Assembly: GCA_937870775.1 (NCBI GenBank)
Contig: CALMZU010000257.1
Location: 1 to 56,493 of the forward strand
Origin: an uncultured Elusimicrobia bacterium
GTDB taxonomy: Bacteria; Elusimicrobiota; Elusimicrobia; Elusimicrobiales; UBA9959
Reading direction: 5' to 3'
Length of the DNA stretch: 56,493 nucleotides
The notes below the pieces were generated by a model. The model saw only the letters and a list, made by a program, of their open reading frames with translations, ran no database searches and was not told the origin of the DNA. Numbering within the stretch: position 1 is the stretch's first letter; each line of letters starts with the position of its first letter. This document shows positions 35,287 through 44,711 of the stretch, one piece after another. A program made the translations under genes and the position numbers.

Positions 35287-36639
35287 TCAGCGCTTGGCGG
35301 CGCGGGGCTGGTTGACCGCCACCTTCAGAAGCTCGGGCTTCTTCTGGCACTGCTTCGCGAACGCGTCGTCCCGGAGCTTGTTGCGGTAGTCGTCGTGCTG
35401 GAACGTGTAGTCGAAGCGGGTGTGTATGTCGTAGTTGCCTTTCATCAGGCCCACGACGTCCTCGACGAAAACGCGCTCCTCGTCGGTGGGGATCACGTAG
35501 ACCTTCACCTTGGACCCCTTCGCGGAGATCTCGGTCTCGGCGTTGCGGGTCTTCGACACGGCGTTGCGCTCCTTGTCGAACTTTATGCCCATGAACTCCA
35601 GTCCCTCGAGCGCGCCGGCGCGGGTCAGCGGGCCCATCTCGCCGACGCCGGCGGTGAACACCACCGCGTCGATGCCGCCGAGCTCGGCGGCGTAGGCGCC
35701 GATGTACTTGCGTATGCGGTTGGCCTCCATCTCGAGCGCCAGCTGCGCGCGCTTGTCGCCCTGCTCGGCCGCCATCTCGACGTCGCGGGCGTCGGAATAC
35801 TTGCCGGTGATAGCGAGCTTGCCGGATTTCTTATTGAGCACGGCGTCCATCTCGCCGGGGTTCATGCCCTCGCGGGACATGACGTAGAGCGGCACGGCCG
35901 GGTCGCAGTCTCCGGCGCGGGTGCCCATCACCAGGCCCTCGAGCGGGGTGAAGCCCATGCTGGTGTCGTAGGAAAGGCCGTTCTTCACGGCGTTGACCGA
36001 CGCGCCGTTGCCGATATGGCAGATGACGAGGTTGGTCTTGAAAGGGTCCTTGCCGAGCAGCACGGCGGCGCGCTTGGCGGTGTAAAGGAACGAGGTGCCG
36101 TGGAAGCCGTAGCGGCGTATGGCGTACTTCTCGTACCAGGCGCGGGGCAGGGCGTACATGTAGGTGGACTCTGGCATCGTCTGGTGCCACGCGGTGTCCA
36201 TCACGGCCATGTGGGGGATCTTGGGCATCAGCAGGCGGGCGGCCTCTATGCCCTGTATGTTGGCCGGGTTGTGCAGCGGGGCCAGCGAGGCTATCTCGCG
36301 GAAGTTCTCGACGACCTTGTCGTCGATGACGACGGATTTCACGAACTTCTCGCCGCCGTGCACCACGCGGTGGCCCACCGCGGCTATGCCGGAGAGGCCG
36401 TCTATCACGCCGTGCTGCTTGTGGGTCAGGGTGTCTATCACCAGCTGTATCGCGTCCTTATGCGTGGGGCAGTCCTGGTTGACGGTCACCTTCTCGCGGC
36501 CGGGGGCCTCGATGTTGATGAACGAGCCGCCGATGCCGACGCGTTCGACGAGGCCGGAGGCCACCGTCACCTTGGCCTGCCAGTCGAAAAGCAGGTATTT
36601 CACGGAAGAGCTGCCGCAGTTGAGGCAAAGTATTTTCAT
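35287..36639 (-). CDS. ackA: Acetate kinase with a C-terminal extension of about 50 aa
   Basis: 450 aa. 'MKILCLNCGSSSVKY' and 'GHRVVHGG' are canonical AckA motifs, and the normal end ('VIPTDEE...') is followed by about 60 more residues. Confidence 0.85.
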   Translation of the reverse strand: MKILCLNCGSSSVKYLLFDWQAKVTVASGLVERVGIGGSFINIEAPGREKVTVNQDCPTHKDAIQLVIDTLTHKQHGVIDGLSGIAAVGHRVVHGGEKFVKSVVIDDKVVENFREIASLAPLHNPANIQGIEAARLLMPKIPHMAVMDTAWHQTMPESTYMYALPRAWYEKYAIRRYGFHGTSFLYTAKRAAVLLGKDPFKTNLVICHIGNGASVNAVKNGLSYDTSMGFTPLEGLVMGTRAGDCDPAVPLYVMSREGMNPGEMDAVLNKKSGKLAITGKYSDARDVEMAAEQGDKRAQLALEMEANRIRKYIGAYAAELGGIDAVVFTAGVGEMGPLTRAGALEGLEFMGIKFDKERNAVSKTRNAETEISAKGSKVKVYVIPTDEERVFVEDVVGLMKGNYDIHTRFDYTFQHDDYRNKLRDDAFAKQCQKKPELLKVAVNQPRAAKR

Positions 36640-36677
36640 TAGGGGGGTCCTCTTAAAGAGAATTTACCGCTCCTTTT

Positions 36678-36686
36678 ATTCTACCA
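36678..36686 (-). promoter_or_regulatory. Extended -10 promoter (TGgTAGAAT) of ackA
   Basis: The minus strand reads 'gttTGgTAGAATaaaagg'. The implied leader is about 40 nt with the SD 'gagga'. Confidence 0.45.
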
Positions 36687-36726
36687 AACTTGAAACAGGC
36701 CCGGTATCCGCGGCCCGGCATTTTTT

Positions 36727-36734
36727 TGTAGGAT
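36727..36734 (+). promoter_or_regulatory. -10-like box TAGGAT 6 nt upstream of ATG 36741 (candidate leaderless promoter)
   Basis: 'tttttgTAGGATttcggtATG'. Confidence 0.3.
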
Positions 36735-36740
36735 TTCGGT

Positions 36741-37142
36741 ATGAACACCACCCCGGCGAGGAAGCGGATACTGATCGCCGCCGCGGCCGCGCTGGCGGCG
36801 GCGCTGCTGCTGCTGCTGCGGCTGGCCTCCGGCATGACGGCCGGGGAGGCGGTACGCAAGCTGTCCGGGCTGCGCATGGCGCTGGAACTTTACAGGATGG
36901 AGTACAAGGCCCCGCCGGCCGCCTTCGGCGACCTTGTGCGGTCCGGCAAACTGGAGCAGCCCCCGGAACTGAAGCTGTCCTGGCACCGCGGCTCGTCGGC
37001 GGTGCGCAACACCCCGTCGATGACCATCACTGACACAGGCGGCTGGGCCTACGTGAACGACCCTAAGGACCCGGCCTTCGGCCTGATCTACATAGACTGC
37101 ACCCACCGCGACGAGAGGGGAAGGTTCTGGAGCGAGTTCTGA
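36741..37142 (+). CDS. Membrane-anchored pseudopilin-like protein lacking a prepilin cleavage motif
   Basis: 133 aa with an N-terminal anchor 'RKRILIAAAAALAAALLLLL'. The following 'LRMALELYRMEYKAPPAAFGDL...GGWAYVNDP' resembles GspG/type-IV-pilin globular domains. Confidence 0.45.
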   Translation: MNTTPARKRILIAAAAALAAALLLLLRLASGMTAGEAVRKLSGLRMALELYRMEYKAPPAAFGDLVRSGKLEQPPELKLSWHRGSSAVRNTPSMTITDTGGWAYVNDPKDPAFGLIYIDCTHRDERGRFWSEF

Positions 37143-37143
37143 A

Positions 37144-38187
37144 TCAGCGCCGGAGCAGCGCGTCCTCGTAGAGGCGCGCCAGCAGGTTGCAGACCACCGG
37201 CATCGCCATGTTGTTGTTGACGTAGTCGAAGGCCATCTTCGACATGGAGTGGCAGAGCTCGGGGTGGGTTATCAGGCGGATCACCGCCCTGGCGCAGGCG
37301 CCCGGGTCCTCCGGCTCCACTATAAGCCCGTTGCGGTCGTGCACCGTGAAATCGCTGAGGCCGCGCAGCCTCGGTATCACGCAGGCCACGCCCGACGCCT
37401 GCGCCTCTATCAGCGACATCGACATGCCGTCGCGCCTGGCGGTCTTGGCGTAGATGTGCATCATCGCCATGACCTCCGGGATGTCGTTGCGCTCCCAGAG
37501 CACGTCCACCTTGTGGCTGATGCTGAGGTTGCGCGCCAGCGCGCGTATGCGCTCGTCCTTCAGGCCCACCACCATGAAATTGGTCTCCGGCAGCGTCTCC
37601 AGCACCTCGCGCGCCATCAGCAGGAACATCTCCTGCTCGCGCAGCGTGCGGTCCATGCTTATCGTACCCACCTTATAGGGGAGTTTCTGGAACATCGCTG
37701 GCTTTATCAGCATAGCGCTCTCCCAGCGCCCGATGTTGATGGCCGGCGGCACCATGAAGGTGCGGCGGGGCTCGATCCCCGCGCGCTGCAGCTCGTCCAG
37801 CACGGACTGGCAGGCGCCGATGAACATGTCGACGTGCGGCTGGAGCTCGGCGAGTTTGGAGAAGGCGGGCCGGTTGCCGAGCTTTATCTGGCTGACGAAG
37901 ATCTTCGAGGAGGCCTTCGCTTTCTTCAGCAGCAGCGGCGGCAGGGCGGAAGGGTTGTAGAAATGCACTATGTCCCAGCCGCCTGTCTCGAGCAGGCCGA
38001 ACTTGGCGCCCAGCGTCAGCGGGCGGGCGTTCACCTTGAAGCGCTGGCACTCGGCGTAGAGACGCGAATCCTTCGGGCAGAGCACGGCGGCGTTATGCCC
38101 GGTCTTCAGGAAGCGGGCCGCGGTATGCAGCGCCTGGTAGGCGACGATGTCCCAGTCGGCGGAGTCGCAGACGTTGAGTATGTTCAC
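37144..38187 (-). CDS. GT-B glycosyltransferase (family 4-like), last gene of the DUF885/ABC operon
   Basis: GTG 38187 overlaps the upstream stop (GTGA), and the SD 'ggagg' lies 8 nt upstream. 'MSLIEAQASGVACVIP' is an EX7E-type region. The upstream part of ORF 37144..38457 is a shadow frame. Confidence 0.7.
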   Translation of the reverse strand: MNILNVCDSADWDIVAYQALHTAARFLKTGHNAAVLCPKDSRLYAECQRFKVNARPLTLGAKFGLLETGGWDIVHFYNPSALPPLLLKKAKASSKIFVSQIKLGNRPAFSKLAELQPHVDMFIGACQSVLDELQRAGIEPRRTFMVPPAINIGRWESAMLIKPAMFQKLPYKVGTISMDRTLREQEMFLLMAREVLETLPETNFMVVGLKDERIRALARNLSISHKVDVLWERNDIPEVMAMMHIYAKTARRDGMSMSLIEAQASGVACVIPRLRGLSDFTVHDRNGLIVEPEDPGACARAVIRLITHPELCHSMSKMAFDYVNNNMAMPVVCNLLARLYEDALLRR

Positions 38188-38921
38188 GGGCGGCCTCCGG
38201 CGGCGGAAGCCAGTTTCTGCAGTTCGCGCCGGGCGTTGGCGACATAGGCCTGGTCGCGGGAAGTGGCGGCTATGTCGGCGTAGATGGCGGCCGCCGCCGC
38301 GTAGTTGCCTATGCGCTTGTTGAGGAAGGCGGCCTGCTGCTTGAGCATCACCGGGCAGTCCGGGTCCTTCAGCATCGGCGCCAGCGCGGCCGCCACGGCG
38401 GCGGGGTCGCCGGAGCGGCTGTAGCCTATGGCGGCCAGCAGGTTGAGATGCTTCCACGCCCGCTGATCGTAGGCCAGGGCGAAACGCAGCACCGCCTCGG
38501 CGTCGGCCGGGCGGTTCATGTTGAAGGCCAGCGAGCCGGCGGAGTACAGCGCGGCGGCCCCGAAGTAAGGGTCCAGCTGCAGCACGTGCAGCGAGATGGG
38601 AAGGAAGAGCGGATAGCGGCCTTCGCCGTTCAGGCCGTAATGGTGGTGATGGTGGCCCGGCTCCGCGCAGGACGCCTCGTCGTGACCGTCCTCGGGGATC
38701 TCCGGCGTGCCGTAATACTGCATCAGCCTGACGAACCAGAGGTCGGCGAAAAGGCGGCGGGCGCCGAAGGCGAGCGCGCCCATGTCCCAGGAGGCGGAAG
38801 CGGCGGTGGAACGGAGCGCGGAGGGAGGGGGATAGCCGGAGCCGCCGAGCGAGGCCGCGGCCAGGCCGCCGGCCAGCCAGGCCAGCAGGGCCGCGAGCGG
38901 CAGCAGCCGGCCGGCGCGCAT
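38184..38921 (-). CDS. Membrane-anchored helical-repeat (TPR-like) protein with a His5 tract
   Basis: The start ATG at 38921 shares one nt with the upstream stop (TGATG). It has an N-terminal anchor and 'CAEPGHHHHHYG' (His codons at 38640-38654). Confidence 0.6.
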   Translation of the reverse strand: MRAGRLLPLAALLAWLAGGLAAASLGGSGYPPPSALRSTAASASWDMGALAFGARRLFADLWFVRLMQYYGTPEIPEDGHDEASCAEPGHHHHHYGLNGEGRYPLFLPISLHVLQLDPYFGAAALYSAGSLAFNMNRPADAEAVLRFALAYDQRAWKHLNLLAAIGYSRSGDPAAVAAALAPMLKDPDCPVMLKQQAAFLNKRIGNYAAAAAIYADIAATSRDQAYVANARRELQKLASAAGGRP

Positions 38922-39685
38922 CAGAACTCCTTCCTCCGCAGCAGCCACAGCGCGCCGAGGTAGCAGGCCAGCACCCAGCAGACGGCCGGGACCAGCGCGG
39001 CAGCGGGCAGCGCGCAGGCGGAACCGGATGCGTCGCGCGCGTTGAGCAGCTGGAGGTTGGGCACCAGGAACAGCGCGGTCTTAAGCGCCGCGGCGCGCAG
39101 CCCCTCGGCCTTCTCGGCGAGGAAGCGCGCCTCGGGAGCGAAATGGCCCAGCGTCCACATGATGCCGGATATGACCAGCGTGGAAACGGCCGACGTGGAG
39201 AACAGCGAGACGAAAAGGGCGAACGAGGTTATCACGGCGAGTTTCAGGAAGGAACCGGCCAGCGCCCAGCCGTAGCAGTCCGGCACGCCGAAGCCGCGCA
39301 GCCGGAGCAGCAGCAGGTGCATGGCGGCCATCACGGCGAGCATCAGCGCCGAGGTAAGGAGCGAGCCGCCCAGCTTGCCGGCCAGGTAGAGGCCGCGCGG
39401 CACCGGGCGGGAGAACACCAGGTATATGGTCTTGGTCTCGGCCTCGCGCAGCAGCGCCGTCGAGGCGCTGAACAGCGCGTAGGCCAGCGCGGTCAGTTCC
39501 ATCAGCGCGAGGCCCATGTCGGAAAGGACCCGGGCCTCCTGGTCCACGGCCATCACGCCGGCGAGCACGGAGGCGTATACCGCCGTGAAGGCGAACACAG
39601 AGAACAGCGTGAACAGCTTGTCGCGCGTGCCGGACAGGAAGGAATCCAGGGCCACCGCGCGCAGCAGCGAAAGACGGCGCATCAT
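38921..39685 (-). CDS. ABC-2 type permease (NosY/GldF-like)
   Basis: The start ATG at 39685 overlaps the ATPase stop (ATGA). The protein has 6 predicted helices, and 'EAETKTIYLVFSRPVPRGLYLAGK' is typical of ABC-2 permeases. Confidence 0.7.
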   Translation of the reverse strand: MMRRLSLLRAVALDSFLSGTRDKLFTLFSVFAFTAVYASVLAGVMAVDQEARVLSDMGLALMELTALAYALFSASTALLREAETKTIYLVFSRPVPRGLYLAGKLGGSLLTSALMLAVMAAMHLLLLRLRGFGVPDCYGWALAGSFLKLAVITSFALFVSLFSTSAVSTLVISGIMWTLGHFAPEARFLAEKAEGLRAAALKTALFLVPNLQLLNARDASGSACALPAAALVPAVCWVLACYLGALWLLRRKEF

Positions 39686-40419
39686 CTGACGGCCTCCACG
39701 AAGATCCCCTCGAGGCCGCCGGGCGCGGCCTCCCATTCCTGGCGCTTCACGACGGCGGCGAGGCGGCCCTGGACCATGATCAGCACCCTCGAGCAGAGCT
39801 TCTCCACCTCGGAGATGCTGTGCGAGGAGAGGAAAACCGCCCGGCCCTCGGCGTTCAGAGAGGCCAGCAGGCCGCGTATGTCGTGTATAGCCAGCGGGTC
39901 GAGGCCGCTGACCGGCTCGTCGAGCACCAGCAGGTCGGGAGCGTGCAGCAGGGCCTGCGCGAGACCCAGCCGCTGCAGCATGCCTTTCGAGAACTCGGAA
40001 ACGCGCTTGCCGGCGTGCGGCTCGAGGCCGGTGCGGCGCATCGCGGCCTCCACGGCGGCGTCCAGCGCCGGGCCGTACAGGCCGGAAAGGCTGCCGTAAT
40101 AGCGCAGCGCGGCGGCCGGTTTCAGCTGCGGAGGGAAATACGGGAGCTCGGGCAGGAAACCGACGCGGGCCTTGGCCGCGGCGTCCGACGGGGAATGCCC
40201 GAAGACCTTGACCTTGCCGGCGGTGGGGAACAGCAGGCCGGTGATCAGCTTCATTATGGTGGTCTTGCCCGCCCCGTTGAGGCCGAGCAGGCCGGTGACC
40301 TCGCCGGCGGGGATCTCGAAAGAAAGGTCCTTGAGCGCGGTGTGGTACGAGGCCCCGGTCAGGCCGGGCCTGCGGTACGTTTTCTCCACACCAGAGAAGG
40401 AAACGGCGTGCTGGCTCAT
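39682..40419 (-). CDS. ABC transporter ATP-binding protein (ABC-2 subfamily)
   Basis: 245 aa starting at ATG 40419 ('MSQHAVSFSGVEKTY'), with 'GLNGAGKTT', 'FSKGMLQR' and 'LVLDEPVSGLD'. The rest of ORF 39682..42144 is a shadow frame of the DUF885 gene. Confidence 0.85.
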   Translation of the reverse strand: MSQHAVSFSGVEKTYRRPGLTGASYHTALKDLSFEIPAGEVTGLLGLNGAGKTTIMKLITGLLFPTAGKVKVFGHSPSDAAAKARVGFLPELPYFPPQLKPAAALRYYGSLSGLYGPALDAAVEAAMRRTGLEPHAGKRVSEFSKGMLQRLGLAQALLHAPDLLVLDEPVSGLDPLAIHDIRGLLASLNAEGRAVFLSSHSISEVEKLCSRVLIMVQGRLAAVVKRQEWEAAPGGLEGIFVEAVR

Positions 40420-42209
40420 CTTACTATCTTTTTCTCCTCGCGCTTCACGCGCTTCATTTCCTCGGCTATGCGGTCTATCGGGATCTCGCCCATGCGCTGG
40501 AAGATCGTGTGGAACCGGCGCAGGTCGAAGTACTTGGCCTCGGTGCGCTGGTAATAGCGGCGCATCTCGAGGATGCGGTCCATACCGATGATATAAGTGA
40601 AACCGTCGGTGGGGGCCAGCGAGATCTTCAGCACTTCGGCGTCGGCCTGGCCCCTGGTCATCAGCAGTTCCCGCTGGAAGAACAGCGAGGCCTCCTGCGG
40701 CGTCCATTTCTTCAGGTGCAGCGAGGCGTCGGCGTAGGCGCGGGCGGCGCGCAGAGCGCGTACGTAGCAGCGCAGGAAGCGCGACCAGTAGGAGGAGTAG
40801 TAGCCCATCTCCTCGGCGAGCAGCTCGGCGTAACAGGCCCAGCCGTTGGTGACGACGGGCTGGCGCGAGGCCCGGCGTATGCGGGACTTGTTGGAGGAGG
40901 CCTCGAAAGTGCGCAGGTGCATGCCCGGCATTATGGAATAGGCGGTCAGCAGCTCCACCTGCGCGTAGTTGAAGCCGGAGGCCAGGGCCTTCTCCCTGGC
41001 GGCCTCGGAGGCCGCGTCCGGAGGCAGCATAACGAACAGCTCGGAAACGCGGGCGTCGTCGAGAGGGAACGGCGGCGCGTAATAGACGTAGGGCAGCACG
41101 GCGGACATGAAGCCGGGCATGCGCTTTATCAGCAGGCGCTGACGAGGGAACTCCACGACCTTGTGCTCGTCGAAATGCTGGTACGCGCGGTCCATCTCGT
41201 CCTGGAACACCTTCAGCACGTCGCCGGCCGGCGGATGCTCCTTGGGCAGCTTGTCCAGCACGCCCTTCCAGCCCTTCTCCCTGGCCAGCATGGCGTCCAC
41301 GTTCTGCGCCTCGGCGTCCAGGTCCTTCAGCGCTCGGCGGAAGGCCTTCCTGGAATAGGAATACGCGTCGCCGGGCGTCAGGTCCAGCCCGTGCTGGCGC
41401 TCCAGGTAGAAGCCGTAGGTATAGTCGCCGGCGCGGAAATCGCCGTCGGAATTGGGCAGGATGTCCTTCTGCAGGAAGACGGCGTAGCGGGCCAGCGCGG
41501 CCTTGGCCCGCTCCATCGCGTCCTCCACCTGCGTCTTCAGGACCGGGTCGTAGCGGGTATAGCCGCGGAACACAGTGGCGAAGTCCGAGAAATAGGCCTG
41601 CGCGTCGGCGGCCTGCTTGATGGCCTGACGGGTCCAGATCTCCGGCGGGCGGGAAAGGCTGCGCTCCGCCTGCTCCAGCACGGAGGGGAAAAGCTTCAGG
41701 CGGGAAAGGGCGTTGGAGGCGCGGGTGTTGTAGTCCTCGTAGTCGCGGCCCATCATCTGGTAGATCGTGAAGAGAGGCTCCAGGTAGTACTGCGGCCGGC
41801 GAGAGAGGAGGCCGAGGTTCTCCATCTCGTAGATGTCGACCTCCAGCATGTGGTCCAGCGCCTCGTAGTCCACCGCCACGGCGGGGGGCATGGTATCCTT
41901 CTGTATCTCGTGCAGTTTCGCGCGCAGCCTCCGCATGGCCTCCAGTTCCTTGGAAACGCGCTCGGGGTTGCGGGAGGTCAGCACGGCGTCGGAGCCGTGC
42001 AGGCCGAGGCGCGTGGCGCGCTCGGGATCGTACATCTGTATCGTGGCGAGGTACTGGGTGAAGACCTCGTTGAGGCGGGTGTTCTCGAGGGCGCCCTGTA
42101 TCTCCTCTGTGGTCAGAGTGTCCTCGTAGGCGTTCGCGGCGCAAGGCAGCAGCAACGCGGCGGCCACCGCCGCCGCGGTCATACCAGCGCGAAAAAGACA
42201 GGTTCCCAT
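40416..42209 (-). CDS. Secreted DUF885-family protein
   Basis: ATG 42209 ('MGTCLFRAG...LPCAANA' signal peptide) is preceded by the SD 'ggaggt'. The ORF-track GTG at 42224 lies inside that SD. The length and sequence are typical of DUF885. Confidence 0.7.
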   Translation of the reverse strand: MGTCLFRAGMTAAAVAAALLLPCAANAYEDTLTTEEIQGALENTRLNEVFTQYLATIQMYDPERATRLGLHGSDAVLTSRNPERVSKELEAMRRLRAKLHEIQKDTMPPAVAVDYEALDHMLEVDIYEMENLGLLSRRPQYYLEPLFTIYQMMGRDYEDYNTRASNALSRLKLFPSVLEQAERSLSRPPEIWTRQAIKQAADAQAYFSDFATVFRGYTRYDPVLKTQVEDAMERAKAALARYAVFLQKDILPNSDGDFRAGDYTYGFYLERQHGLDLTPGDAYSYSRKAFRRALKDLDAEAQNVDAMLAREKGWKGVLDKLPKEHPPAGDVLKVFQDEMDRAYQHFDEHKVVEFPRQRLLIKRMPGFMSAVLPYVYYAPPFPLDDARVSELFVMLPPDAASEAAREKALASGFNYAQVELLTAYSIMPGMHLRTFEASSNKSRIRRASRQPVVTNGWACYAELLAEEMGYYSSYWSRFLRCYVRALRAARAYADASLHLKKWTPQEASLFFQRELLMTRGQADAEVLKISLAPTDGFTYIIGMDRILEMRRYYQRTEAKYFDLRRFHTIFQRMGEIPIDRIAEEMKRVKREEKKIVR

Positions 42210-42249
42210 CCTATACCTCCGCACCCTGCGCCCCGCTCCGGCGGGCGCG

Positions 42250-44622
42250 CTATCGTCCGCTCTTCACCTTGCCGCGGCGGGCCGGCTTACGGCCCGCGGC
42301 CGGCGCCAGAGCCAGCCCGAGCACCTCGTCCATGCGCTCCACAGGGTGGAGCTTCATCGCCGAGCGTATCTCCGCCGGGATCTCCTCGAGCTCCTTCAGG
42401 TTGGCCTTCGGGAAGAGCACCGTCGTTATGCCGTCGCGGAACGAGGCGATGACCTTCTCCTTCAGGCCGCCTATGGGCAGCACGCGGCCCGTGAGCGTCA
42501 GCTCGCCGGTCATCGAAAGGTTCGGCTTCACGGCGCGGCCGCAGAACAGGCTGGCGAGCGCCGTGGCCATCGTGACGCCGGCCGAGGGGCCGTCCTTCGG
42601 TATCGCGCCCTCGGGGATGTGCACGTGGAAGTTGTGCGAATTCACGTAGGAGTTAGGCGCGAGCTCCCTGGAGCGGATGTAGGAGAAGGCCGCCTGCGCG
42701 GACTCCTTCATCACGTCGCCGAGCTTGCCGGTCAGCGTCAGCGCGCCCTTGCCGGGCACGGCGACGGCCTCGACGGCAAGCACCTCGCCGCCGTTCTCGG
42801 TCCAGGCGAGGCCGGTGGCGATGCCGACGGAGTTGTAGGAGTTCTGCGTGGCGAGGAACTTCGGCACGCCGAGGTAGTCCGAGAGGTTCTCCGGCGTGAC
42901 CTTCACGACGGAGAGCTTTTCCTCGACTATGCGGCGGGCGGCGCGGCGGCACATCGACGCGAACTCGCGGTTCAGGTTGCGCACGCCGGCCTCGCGGGTA
43001 TAGCCGCGTATCACGGCGTCTATGCCCTTGTCGTCTATCTTCAGGGAACCTTCCTTCAGCCCGTGCTCCCTGAGCTGGCGGGGTATCAGGAAGGTCTTGG
43101 CGATCTCGATCTTCTCGTCGTGCGTGTAGCCGCTGAAGTCGATGATCTCCATGCGGTCGCGCAGGCTGACCGGTATGCCGTAGAGGGTATTGGCGGTGGC
43201 GACGAACATCACCTTCGAGATGTCGAACGGCACGTCGAGGAAATGGTCGTTGAACTCGGTGTTCTGCTCGGGGTCCAGGACCTCCAGCAGCGCGGCCGCC
43301 GGGTCTCCGCGCCAGTCGGTGCCCATCTTGTCTATCTCGTCCATCAGGAACACCGGGTTGCGCGAGCCTGCCTTCTTCATGCTCTGCATGATGCGGCCGG
43401 GCATCGAGGCGACGTAGGTGCGGCGGTGGCCGCGGATCTCGCTCTCGTCGCGCACGCCGCCCAGCGACATGCGCACGAAGTTGCGGCCCATCGAGCGGGC
43501 GATCGAACGGGCGATGGAGGTCTTGCCGACGCCGGGGGGGCCGACGAAGCAGAGTATCGGGCCGCGCAGTTTCTCGGTCAGTTTGCAGACGGCGAGGTAT
43601 TCCAGGACGCGGTCCTTCGGCTTCCTGAGGCCGAAATGGTCCTCATCGAGGACCTTCTTGGCCTTCGCGAGGTCGATCTCGTCCTTCGTCTCGGTGTTCC
43701 ACGGCAGCGAGGTCAGCCAGTCGAGGTAGGTGCGGCTGACGGTGGTCTCCGGGGAGAAGGGCATCATCTTGGACAGGCGGGCGAGTTCCTTCTCCGCCGC
43801 GGCCTCGGCCTCCCTGGGCATCTTGCAGGCCTTGACCTTCTTCTTCAGCTCGTCGAGCTCCTTCGTGAAGTCGTCCTTCTGGTGCAGTTCCTTCTGGATC
43901 GCCTTCATCTGCTCGTTGAGGTAATATTCCTTCTGCGACTTCTCTATCTGCGTCTTAACGCGGGTATGGATCTTCTGCTCGATGTCGAGTATCTCGACTT
44001 CCTTCGACAGGAACTTTATGAGCTTCTCGAGGCGCTCGCGGGGGCTCTCCGTTTCCAGCACGTCCTGGCGGTCGGCCAGGCTGAACACGGAGTTCGCGGC
44101 TATGGTGTCGGCGAGCTTCGCCGGGTCGTCCATCTGCTGGATGAAGGCCGTGGAATCCAGCGTTATGCGGGTGCTCAGTTTTACGTAGGACTCGAAGACC
44201 TCGACAGCGTGGCGCATCAGCGCGATGGTCTCGGGGGACTTCTCGTTGTCCTCGGCGGGATATTCCACCTCGGCTTGCAGGTAGGCGCCGCTCTTATCCA
44301 GCGCGACCTTGCGCACCCGCGCGCGGACCTTGCCCTCGAGGAACACGCGCATGGTGCCGTCGGGCATTTTCAGAGACTGGGAGATCGTGCTGACCACGCC
44401 GTAAGCGTAAAGTTCCTCAGGGGCGGGATCGTTGGTGTTGGGCTTCTTCTGCGCGAGCGCCAGTATGAACTTGCCGGCTTCGAGGCCGGCCTCTATGGCG
44501 GCCACCGACTTGGGGCGGTCGACGGAAAGGGGGAGGGCCATGTACGGGAAGAGCACGACGTCCCTTATGGCTATGGCGGGCAGCGCCGCCGGATACTGGT
44601 TGTTGTTGAGCTTTTCTTCCAT
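42250..44622 (-). CDS. lon: ATP-dependent Lon protease (LonA)
   Basis: 790 aa with Walker A 'GPPGVGKTS', catalytic Ser in 'PKDGPSAG' and Lys in 'GGLKEKV'. Confidence 0.95.
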   Translation of the reverse strand: MEEKLNNNQYPAALPAIAIRDVVLFPYMALPLSVDRPKSVAAIEAGLEAGKFILALAQKKPNTNDPAPEELYAYGVVSTISQSLKMPDGTMRVFLEGKVRARVRKVALDKSGAYLQAEVEYPAEDNEKSPETIALMRHAVEVFESYVKLSTRITLDSTAFIQQMDDPAKLADTIAANSVFSLADRQDVLETESPRERLEKLIKFLSKEVEILDIEQKIHTRVKTQIEKSQKEYYLNEQMKAIQKELHQKDDFTKELDELKKKVKACKMPREAEAAAEKELARLSKMMPFSPETTVSRTYLDWLTSLPWNTETKDEIDLAKAKKVLDEDHFGLRKPKDRVLEYLAVCKLTEKLRGPILCFVGPPGVGKTSIARSIARSMGRNFVRMSLGGVRDESEIRGHRRTYVASMPGRIMQSMKKAGSRNPVFLMDEIDKMGTDWRGDPAAALLEVLDPEQNTEFNDHFLDVPFDISKVMFVATANTLYGIPVSLRDRMEIIDFSGYTHDEKIEIAKTFLIPRQLREHGLKEGSLKIDDKGIDAVIRGYTREAGVRNLNREFASMCRRAARRIVEEKLSVVKVTPENLSDYLGVPKFLATQNSYNSVGIATGLAWTENGGEVLAVEAVAVPGKGALTLTGKLGDVMKESAQAAFSYIRSRELAPNSYVNSHNFHVHIPEGAIPKDGPSAGVTMATALASLFCGRAVKPNLSMTGELTLTGRVLPIGGLKEKVIASFRDGITTVLFPKANLKELEEIPAEIRSAMKLHPVERMDEVLGLALAPAAGRKPARRGKVKSGR

Positions 44623-44660
44623 GTCAGAGGTCCTGGTGCGGGCCGGGGAGGCTCCCCGGG

Positions 44661-44697
44661 AAAAACAGCGTCCCGCCCGGACATAAGCCGGGCGGGA
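44661..44697 (-). terminator. Terminator or attenuator-like hairpin between clpP and lon
   Basis: On the minus strand, tcccgcccgg pairs with ccgggcggga and is followed by 'cgctgttttt'. Confidence 0.45.
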
Positions 44698-44711
44698 CGA
44701 CGCGGCGCGCC

